Shown here: one piece after another, positions 1-8,900 of the stretch
Layout: each line of letters opens with the position of its first letter
Position numbering within the stretch: the stretch's first letter is position 1
DNA from: Minisyncoccota bacterium
GTDB lineage: Bacteria > Patescibacteriota > Minisyncoccia > Phycocordibacterales > CAIZLB01
DNA length: 64,000 nucleotides
NCBI GenBank assembly: GCA_021734945.1
Contig: JAIPIA010000001.1
Coordinates: 4,465-68,464 of the forward strand
Direction: 5' to 3'
Notes under the pieces: generated by a model
What the model was told of the DNA's origin: nothing
What the model saw: the letters and a program-made list of their open reading frames with translations, nothing else
The model's database searches: none
Made by a program: the position numbers and the translations under genes

Positions 1-219
1 TTTGAGACGTGTCTTCAGTTGCTTACAGATAATCCGTTGTTTGTAGTATTGAATGGATATGCTGCTGGTTATTCATCTATTGCATATGAAAACAATATGC
101 AAAGTCTTGTACGCAAATACGCTGGAACTGTAGAAAGTGGGGAACTTGCACTTCGAGAGGAAGGTCCTGCCGGTAGACTTTTACCATGTGGAATTGTTTC
201 TCGATGGAAGAAATCCTAA
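1..219 (+). CDS. hypothetical protein, C-terminal fragment (ORF open to the window edge)
   Basis: Frame 1 is open from position 1 to the stop at 217-219. No recognisable motifs. Partial. Confidence 0.25.
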   Translation, partial: FETCLQLLTDNPLFVVLNGYAAGYSSIAYENNMQSLVRKYAGTVESGELALREEGPAGRLLPCGIVSRWKKS

Positions 220-267
220 CCCTAGCTCTAAATGGCAATATAAAATATGTATTTAAATTAGAGTAGA

Positions 268-675
268 TTGAATTTAAAACTCTGGAAATATAACTATTTT
301 TATGATAAAATACCAACTATGGATGAAAAGATTGATAATCAACCTGAGTTGAATATGAATGATGAAATCGTGGAGCTCAATGAAAAAATTGATAAGTTAA
401 CTAGCTTAGCTGAAGAGAATCAACGGATGATAAAGAATCTCTATCAGAGAGCGCGGATGGCAACGGTTGTTGTCTTCTTAAAGTGGTTTATTATCATTGG
501 GTTGACTCTCGGATCTTTCTACTATATTCAACCGTTGGTTAACACTTTGGTTGGAGTTTACGGCGGTACAGGGTTTTCAGGCTTAGGTAATTCTGATAAA
601 ACTAGTAGTGCCGATGCACCAAAAACAGGTTCATTCAATTTTGGAGACTTGTCCAATTTGTTAAAATCTATATAA
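268..675 (+). CDS. hypothetical small protein: N-terminal coiled coil plus one TM helix; start may be the internal ATG at 319
   Basis: 135-aa ORF. Charged heptad-like N-terminus (DEKIDNQPELNMNDEIVELNEKIDKL), hydrophobic stretch VVVFLKWFIIIGLTLGSFYYI, Gly/Ser-rich tail. Confidence 0.4.
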   Translation: MNLKLWKYNYFYDKIPTMDEKIDNQPELNMNDEIVELNEKIDKLTSLAEENQRMIKNLYQRARMATVVVFLKWFIIIGLTLGSFYYIQPLVNTLVGVYGGTGFSGLGNSDKTSSADAPKTGSFNFGDLSNLLKSI

Positions 676-687
676 TCGTCACATACC

Positions 688-790
688 GACCAGAGATATA
701 GTCTCAGTTGGTAGAGTTACATTAGTTAGGACGGTCGGGTGTGTCTAATACGAACCTGAGGTTCGTATCGAGTATGACCTTACTAGGTCG
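688..790 (+). other. degenerate tRNA-like element (D-arm-like GTCTCAGTTGGTAGAG plus several hairpins) immediately upstream of tRNA-Phe
   Basis: TAGTCTCAGTTGGTAGAG resembles the TAGCTCAGTTGGTAGAGC D-arm of the adjacent tRNA-Phe. Perfect hairpin cgaacc-tga-ggttcg (751-765). ccgacc (688-693) is complementary to ggtcgg (736-741) and to ggtcg (786-790). No canonical cloverleaf could be built by hand. Confidence 0.2.
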
Positions 791-810
791 CATAATTTAC
801 AAAATCATAT

Positions 811-883
811 GCCGAGGTAGCTCAGTTGGTAGAGCATATCCCTGAAGAGGATGGGGTCGCGAGTTCGAGTCTCGCCCTCGGCA
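811..883 (+). tRNA. tRNA-Phe (anticodon GAA)
   Basis: Hand-folded cloverleaf. Acceptor GCCGAGG/CCTCGGC, D arm GCTC-AGTTGGTA-GAGC, anticodon arm TATCC-CTGAAGA-GGATG (U33, GAA at 34-36, G37), T arm GCGAG-TTCGAGT-CTCGC, discriminator A. CCA is not encoded. Confidence 0.85.
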
Positions 884-1151
884 CAAAGCAAAATACTCAT
901 GGATTTATCTATGGGTATTTTGATTTTAAGGCTGAGAGCTTCTGAACTGCTTCAGAAGCGGGTGAGACGAGAAAGGCTTTTCGTTATTGAATGAACGAAG
1001 TGAAATGAAATCGAAAAGCACCTGCCGATGTAGTCGGAGAGTCTCTCCCTTTGCACAAAATAAAAGTGAACAACTTATTGGCGTATAAATAAATACCTTG
1101 TATAATTAAATTACATTACAAGAATTCAGACATAATCATTGATATATAAAT

Positions 1152-1472
1152 ATGCAATCTAGCGATATACAGTTTCTTGAATACATTGTTAAGTCATTGG
1201 TAGAAAATACAGACGCAGTTAAGACAAGTCGACGAGTAGATGACATGGGAGTATTTATTGAACTTATTGTTGATCCAGCTGATATGGGAAAAATCATCGG
1301 ACGAAATGGTCACACAGCTCAGGCAATTCGAACTATCATGAAAGCTTTTGGAAAGAAGCATCAGGCAAACATCAGTATCCAGATCAAAGAACCAGCAGGT
1401 AGTGCACGAGTGGTAGGTGAGGGGGCTGCTGTAAAAAGCGTAGATGAAGCGATTGCAGATTTGAATATGTAG
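1152..1472 (+). CDS. khpA: KH-domain RNA-binding protein (KhpA/YlqC, UPF0109 family)
   Basis: 106 aa. LEYIVKSLV...DMGKIIGRNGHTAQAIRTI...ISIQI matches the KhpA KH fold with its GxxG loop. Sits in the conserved neighbourhood upstream of trmD. Confidence 0.75.
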   Translation: MQSSDIQFLEYIVKSLVENTDAVKTSRRVDDMGVFIELIVDPADMGKIIGRNGHTAQAIRTIMKAFGKKHQANISIQIKEPAGSARVVGEGAAVKSVDEAIADLNM

Positions 1473-1500
1473 TCGATTGGAAGATAAAAAAATAATAGAG

Positions 1501-1531
1501 ACACTCATACAAATGGGTGTTTTTATTTTTA
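1501..1531 (+). terminator. Rho-independent terminator after the KH gene
   Basis: Hairpin cactca-tacaaa-tgggtg (one G-U pair) followed by tttttattttt. Confidence 0.55.
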
Positions 1532-1607
1532 TTGAAATATGGAAACTATAAACTAAACAACCCGACCGATTTCTCGATAGGGTTGCGTAAGGATTTGATC
1601 CTTGTGA

Positions 1608-1769
1608 TTAGTCAGAGCAATTGTCACCGCATGAATCACAAGATCTGAGTATATCCCCAGGTCTTCTTTGATCAAGAAGTTGAGCAATAAAACGTGTTTT
1701 TGAAGTTGTTTTTCTTTTCCGAGGTTTTTTGATCGCTTTACTCTTTTGGTTGGGCGTCTTACTTTTCAT
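1608..1769 (-). CDS. possible small basic protein (53 aa) with a C-terminal Cys cluster; below the ORF-track size cutoff
   Basis: Minus-strand ATG at 1769, stop at 1608-1610. Translation MKSKTPNQKSKAIKKPRKRKTTSKTRFIAQLLDQRRPGDILRSCDSCGDNCSD. AGAGGA lies 8 nt upstream of the ATG. Sits in an otherwise ORF-free 500-nt gap between the KH gene and trmD. Confidence 0.25.
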   Translation of the reverse strand: MKSKTPNQKSKAIKKPRKRKTTSKTRFIAQLLDQRRPGDILRSCDSCGDNCSD

Positions 1770-2039
1770 ATTTGTGGTCCTCTATCTTTGTACTTATTGT
1801 TTTTTTCTTCACGCAATTATAGAAATATATATTACATCAAATTACACCAAATCTGGTTTAATAAGTTGAAAATATATACTTTTATTTGTAAGACCAAGGA
1901 GATTGTGGTGGTCTATGCGCGCAGATAAGGAGATTAATCTCTGTTTATAAGATTACTACCTAATATTAATAAAATCAAGGTATTGTTTATATTTACTTGT
2001 TGAAGGCTGTATATTTGTGTAGTATTTACTTAATTAATT

Positions 2040-2831
2040 ATGGCTAAAGAAAACTTGTTAGCAAAAAAGAAGATTCAACAGGTCGCAAAAGTTCAGTCAA
2101 AGAAGCCTGTTACATTCCATCTCATAACTCTCTTTCCAGAGTCTTTTGCCTCATACCTCAATGAGTCTATTCTGGCGCGAGCACAGAAGGATAAGCTTAT
2201 ATCTGTTAAGTATTATAATCCTAGAGATTTTGTAAAACCGACTGGTGCTCAGAAAAAGAACGAACGACCATACCTACGAGTTGATGATAAGCCATATGGT
2301 GGAGGTCCTGGAATGGTTATGCAGGCCGAACCTATTTTAAAAGCTATTGAAAAAGCTCTAAAAAGCACCTCTAAGGGAGCCTCTAAAAAATTGTCTAAAA
2401 AGACTCTTATCGTCTTTCTCGCACCGTCTGGCGAACAGTTCACAAACACTCTTGGTACGACATATGCAAAAGAATATTCAGACATCATTGTAATCTGTGG
2501 AAGATATGAAGGAATAGACGCACGCATCAAAAAAGTTTTTAAAATGGTTGATATAACAGTTGGACCTTTTGTTACAACAGGTGGCGAACTCCCAGCTATG
2601 ATAATGATAGACGTGATTGCACGACAGATACCTGGAGTACTTGGAAATTTTGACAGTAGGGAAGAATCTCGAGCCTCATCTCGTGACTCGTATACTCGTC
2701 CAGAAGTTTTGATGTATAAAGGAAAGAAATATAAAGTGCCTGAAGTTCTCTTGTCAGGGAATCACAAACTTATAGATGAATGGAGGGTAAGTGAAGAGAG
2801 AAAAGGTGGTGAAAGGAAGCTTACAGTTTAA
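2040..2831 (+). CDS. trmD: tRNA (guanine37-N1)-methyltransferase TrmD, with a Lys-rich N-terminal extension
   Basis: TrmD signatures YGGGPGMVM, CGRYEGIDARI and TGGELPAMIMIDVIAR. About 25-aa K-rich N-terminus MAKENLLAKKKIQQVAKVQSKKP. Confidence 0.9.
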   Translation: MAKENLLAKKKIQQVAKVQSKKPVTFHLITLFPESFASYLNESILARAQKDKLISVKYYNPRDFVKPTGAQKKNERPYLRVDDKPYGGGPGMVMQAEPILKAIEKALKSTSKGASKKLSKKTLIVFLAPSGEQFTNTLGTTYAKEYSDIIVICGRYEGIDARIKKVFKMVDITVGPFVTTGGELPAMIMIDVIARQIPGVLGNFDSREESRASSRDSYTRPEVLMYKGKKYKVPEVLLSGNHKLIDEWRVSEERKGGERKLTV

Positions 2832-2855
2832 ACAAAGAATTCTTCTAAAAGTCCT

Positions 2856-2884
2856 TTGAATATAAGCCAGTAATAATGTATAAT
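2856..2884 (+). promoter_or_regulatory. sigma70-like promoter upstream of the giant surface-protein gene
   Basis: -35 TTGAAT (2856-2861), 17-nt spacer, extended -10 TGtTATAAT (2877-2884). The ATG is at 2930. Confidence 0.35.
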
Positions 2885-2929
2885 TTACAGTATATTTTAT
2901 ATTTATTCAGAAAATTATAAAAACTTTGC

Positions 2930-5900
2930 ATGCTATCAAAATATAAAAATAGAAAATTATATGTCTCTCTTTTGCTTGTATGTTTTCTTGTTGTTTTTTC
3001 TTTGATAAAATTTAATTCTGTATCAGCGGCAACTACCTCAGCCCCAAGAAGTCTTGGTGGTTCAATCACCTCATCTACTTCGATTACTCTTACTTGGCTT
3101 CCACCTGCTGTAGGTGCAGCTACAGTTACTGATTATTTAGTTGAATACAAGCTCTCAGCCGATTCATCATGGACAACATTTACTGATGGTGTATCGACTG
3201 CTACAACCACAACAGTTACAGGGCTTACAAATGGCTCAAACTATGATTTTCGTATATCAGCTATCAATATCGATGGGACGAGCACTCCCTCATATGTGAT
3301 TTCAATAGTTTCATGGGTGTCGGCAACCGGTGGTACAGTAACAGAAGTTGGAGGTTATCGTCTTCATACATTTACATCAAGTAGTAGTATTTCATTTCAA
3401 AGTGGAGGATCAGTTGAAACACTTATCGTCGGTGGAGGTGGAGGTGGAGGCACTACTGTTGCTGGTGGAGGTGGAGCGGGAGGTGTTGTCTCAACTTCAA
3501 CTAATGTCTCATCAGGTACTCTAGCTGTTACAGTTGGTGGAGGTGGAGCGGGAGGCGTAAATGGTGCGGCTGGTGCCAATGGATCAAATGGTGCGACATC
3601 AACTTTTAATTCTATTAGTGCATCTGGAGGTGGAGCTGGTGCGGGTTTTAATACGGCTGGTTCGGCAGGTGCTTCAGGTGGAGGAACTGGTGCTAATAGT
3701 ACTGGTGCGGGAGGTACCGCTATTTCAGGGCAAGGTTTTGCTGGAGGTACTGGAGCGAGCGCTACTCTTAATGCTGGTGGAGGTGGAGGTGGAGCGGGAG
3801 GTGTTGGAGGTAATGGACTTAATGGGGTGGCAGGAAATGGAGGTACTGGTGTTCAGAGTTCAATTACAGGAACAGCTGTTTATTATGGAGGTGGAGGTGG
3901 GGGAGGAAGCCGAACTAGTTCTGGAGGTATTTCTGCCGGAGTTGGAGGTAATGGAGGTGGAGGTGCTGGAGGAATTTCAACAGTTGGATATGCCGGAACT
4001 GCAAACACTGGAGGTGGAGGAGGAGGAGGCGGTTTTAATGGAGCACATCTTGGTGGAGGTAATGGAGGAAGTGGAATAATTATAATTAGATATCCAGTAG
4101 TTTTCAGTGGAATTTTGCAAGTTCCAGTCATTTCTTCTGCTGTGTCAAATACTCAAAAAGTGACACTTGTTTGGTCGATAGGTCAAGGTTCATCTCCGCA
4201 GATTACAGATTTTAAGATTGAATACAAGCTCTCAGCCGATTCATCATGGACAACATTTACTGATGGTGTATCGACTGCTACAACCACAACAGTAACAGGG
4301 CTTACAAATGGTCAGAGCTATGACTTTAGAATTTCATCCATAAATTCTTCAAGTGCAACAAGTGATCCTTCAGATACTGTTACAGTAACACCAAATGTAT
4401 CAGTGCCGAGTACTCCACAAAATATTTTTATAACCGTTGGCTCCAGCACAAGAGCTATTCTCACATGGGATGCACCGGTGTTAGATAACGGCGCAAGTAC
4501 AACAGACTATCTTATCGAATACAAGCTCTCAGCCGATTCATCATGGACAACATTTACTGATGGTGTATCGACTGCTACAACCACAACAGTTACAGGGCTT
4601 TTAGATACTTTATCATATGATTTTCGGGTATCCGCTATTAATAGTGTGGGCACAAGTTCACCATCAAGTACCGTGACTGACACGCCGGGATATTTTGTAC
4701 TAGTTGATAATTTCGATACCTCTGTAATTAATACCTCTAAGTGGACTGAATTTGATGCTGCTGTTGGTGGTAGCGGAGGAAGTGCTGGTAATGTGCAACA
4801 GAGTGCTGGAAAACTTTCGGTTACTGGAAACAGCGCATGGGGACAAAACGGACTTCAATCTAATGCTACATTCAGTAGGTCATTTGGTGATGTTGAAGTC
4901 AAGGTAACCATGACTGGAAGCTGTACAGTAGGAACTAGTTTTAATTTTGGATATGGAGATATAAATTTTGGAGCAGCGGGTACGTACTCATATATTATAT
5001 CAAAAGCTGGTAGTTCATGGACTCTTTACTATTTCCAAAATGGGAGCAACTCCACTTCTGTTCCTATGTCGGGTATACCTTGTACAACGGGTAATGATGT
5101 GACTTTAAGGATGGTAGCCTTACAGGCTGGTGGAGTAAGTGTATTTGTAGGCACTTCAACAACCCCTGTTGCGACGGTGGCGAGTGGAACCTTTAATAAT
5201 AAAAAAGTATGGCTTCAGACAAACGGTAATGGGGATATTACTACTTTTGATAATCTTCGGGTGTCTGAACCATTGTCTTTACCCCTTGCTCCTGGATCAA
5301 TAGTTGTATCTCCTGCTGACTCTCAAGTAGATTTGTCTTGGGTGGCAGGCAACGCAAATGGTTCAACAATTACTGATTATCAATTACAGTATAAACTCCC
5401 TACAACCGCAACTTGGACTACTTTTAGTGATAGTGTCTCAACAAGTACTACGGGTAGTATTATGGGATTAACAAACGGTATTATATATAATTTTCGAGTT
5501 GTTCCAATAAGTAATAACGGTACGGGAACTCCTTCTGTTGCTGTAAGTTCAGCTGCTCGAATTACTACTCTTGCAGCTCCAACCGCCACTTCTGTTTCTA
5601 TACTTGGAACACCTACAGTTGATGAGACACTCCGTGGATATTATTTATTTGCTGACCCTAATGGAGATATTGAGGGTTCTTCCACATATAGATGGCTTGT
5701 ATCAAACACTGCTGGTGGTACATATACTCCAATCTCTGGTGCTATAAGTAACACTTATGTTGTAACTTCCAATGAGTCTGGAAAGTATCTCAAGTTTGAA
5801 GTAACTCCTGTATCTAGTATTGGGCCTTATGTGGGATCTGCAGTATTAAGTTCATCTTCATTGCAAGTTGCTACAACAAGTTATATCAATCACATTCTTT

Positions 5901-8900
5901 CAACAGGACAAAGTCTGTCTGTAGGCTGGAATGGAACTCCTGCTCTTACAACAACTCAGCCATATTCTAATAAAATGCTTACAGGTGGATCAGGTTCAAC
6001 TTTTACACCACTTATTGAATCAAGTGTTGAGTCTATGAGTAGTTCACTTGGAAACTCACTCACGTATCTTTCACCAAATGCAAGCTTTCAAAGCGCAGTA
6101 ACAATGCATGGTATTCCTTCTTATTCATATTCACAAATTAAAAAGGGAACCTCAGCATACACAACTGGGATGACTCAAACAACAAATGTGTTTAATGCTG
6201 CAGCGGGACTCGGTAAAGTTGACCGTGTAATTGGTGTTACTGTAATACATGGAGAAACAGATAATGTGAATGGAAATGGTCTAGCATATGAAGGTTACCT
6301 ACATGAATGGCAAACTGACTATGATACGGATGTTCGTGCAATTACCGGCCAATCTGATACGGTTCCAATGTTTACTGACCAGACAAGTTCTCACACTGGT
6401 TATGGATATACAACATCACTAATTCCGGTTGCCCAGTTGGCCGCTTCAGAAGATTATCCAGGGATGAATATCCTAGTTGCTCCAAAATATTTTCTTACAT
6501 ATGTTGATGGAGGACATTTAAATAACGTAAGCTACAGATGGCTTGGAGAATATTATGCAAAGGTAATGAAGAAAGTAGTCATCGACAAAGAAACGTGGAG
6601 ACCACTTAGTCCTGACTCAATTGTTAGAAACGGGAATACTATATATGCAAAATTTCACGTTCCTGCTGGTCCGTTGGTTATTGATACAACTAATGTATTA
6701 GCTAAATCCAACTATGGTTTTGAATACTATGATACGGCTTCAACTACATCGATCAGTAGTGTGTCACTCATTAACTCTGATACAGTAAAAATTGTTTTAA
6801 ATGGAACTCCTACAGGCTCAGATCAGAGACTCCGATATGCATATACAGGTGTTGGTGCTTATGGTACTGCACCAGGAGCACAAAGTTCTGGTTCTGCTCG
6901 AGGAAATCTTCGTGATAGTGACCCTGCTGTGCCTCTATACGCCACGACAACTTCAAATGCTAATAACCTATATAACTGGACTGTACAGTTTGATAAACCA
7001 ATAACAGATGATACAACTGCACCGTCTCAGTCAAATATTTCATCGAGTCCAGGAGTTTCTACAAGTACTATCACATGGTTTACAAATGAAAACTCAGACA
7101 CTCAGGTTGAGTACGGTACAACATCAACTATATACACAGCTTCAACTACACTGGATTCATCAGTTCTTTCATCATCACATGGTGTAACACTGACAGGCCT
7201 TAGTTCAAATACAACTTATTATTATCGTGTTATATCTCGAGATATTGCTCAAAATAGAACCAATTCTTCTGAACAGACATTTACAACATCAGCTGGTGCT
7301 CCGGTTCTGTCAGAGCCATCTCAAGTAACAAGTGTTGTTGCTGCGACAAGTACTCCTTCGCAAGCTACAATTACTTTTGCTACATCTTCTTCAGACGGTG
7401 GGTCATCGATTTTATATTATACTGCAAGTTCAACACCTGGAGGATATACAGCTACATCTACTGGTAGTCCAATTATCGTCACTGGACTTACAAATGGAAC
7501 TGCCTATACATTTACTGTAACAGCTACAAATGCAATCGGTGTTTCAGCTTTGTCTACTGCTTCAAACTCTGTGACACCACTTGCTCTACCCGACACTACA
7601 CCTCCAACTGTCTCTATCACAGCACCAACAGACAGCTCAACAATATTAGGTAGTACCGTCACAATATCTGCAGACTCATCTGATAATGTTGGTGTAGTCG
7701 GTGTTCAATTCTATCGTGACTCAAATGTTGCAATTGGATCAGAAGATACTACAAGCACATATGGTGTAACATTTGATTCTACGGCCGTATCAAATGGTTC
7801 ACATACAATATTTGCAGTTGCGCGAGATGTGGCAGGGAATTATGCAACATCAACATCAGTTACTGTTACCGTAGACAATCCACCAACTCCAGTTACTCAA
7901 ACTCTCACACTTGATGCTGCAACGTCTGTAGGTACAAGTTCTGCAATTTTTAATGTAACAGTAGTGAGTGATGGATATGCTTCATCATCACTCCTCGGAT
8001 TTGAATATGGCACTACTACTTCATATGGTTCAACACTCACATTAGGTGGAAGCTTTGGTGTGGGTTCATACTACAATACTGCCTTTGACCTCATACCAAA
8101 TACTACATATCACTTTAGAGCATATACAACCAACTCTGCTGGAACTGCTTCATCTTCAGACTTAACATTCACTACACTGTCTCTGAATACTACACCTTCT
8201 GCCATCACAGCAAGTCCATTAAACACATCTGCTACCATTACATGGATAACCTCAGATCCAGCTTCGTCACAAGTAATATTTGGTCTCACAACCTCATATG
8301 GGTCAAGTACAACCGTCACTAACATTTCACCAAGGGTTACATCTCACGGTGTATCAGTGGTTGGTCTTACCTCGTGCACCCTATACCACTATCAAGTTTC
8401 AGGAACTGATGTCACATCTGTAACATCGACAAGTTCTGATCAGACATTTGTAACTACAGGTTGTAGTGCGAGTGCTCCAATCACTGCAAGTAATGAAGGA
8501 AGTATTACTACATCAGCTGGAGGAACACTTACACAAGATCAGATTACAATCACTGTACCTACAGGATTCACAGGAACTTCATCATCTGCTGTATTTCAAG
8601 CTCACAAACTCGACGGTTCTGTATTTTTCAACTCAATCTCTGCACCAACAGGATTAGTTAGCGTAGGAGGAAATGTATTCAATCTTAAAGCTCTAACGGA
8701 TTCATCAACATTACTCACCACATTTGATGCACCAATTACAGTCGTCTTGTCATATTCACCATCTGATATTACAGGTGTAGATGAATCAACTCTTTGGATA
8801 TATCGATATGATGGAAGTCAGTGGTATCCGCTTTCAAACTGTACGACAGATACAGGATCCCACACTGTGACATGTGAGACTTCAAACTTCTCTGACTTTA

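Noticed and set aside
884-1151. Possible SRP (4.5S) RNA because of a GATGTAG-containing hairpin resembling the E. coli 4.5S basal stem
   Set aside because: The conserved domain IV GGAA-tetraloop/AGCAGC symmetric-loop motif is not present, so the resemblance is judged coincidental.
1746-1928. 60-aa plus-strand ORF in the KH-trmD gap
   Set aside because: Composition is AT-rich low-complexity (FFSSRNYRNIYYIKL). It has no RBS and no homology pattern, and is probably noise.
3397-4131. Pro-rich ORFs on the minus strand (3397..3579, 3883..4131) and a Leu/Glu/Val-rich ORF on plus (3561..4079) inside the giant gene
   Set aside because: These are alternative-frame or complement readings of the GGN-repeat tract (GGx reads as CCx, Pro, on the opposite strand). 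They are low-complexity artefacts fully inside a well-supported CDS.
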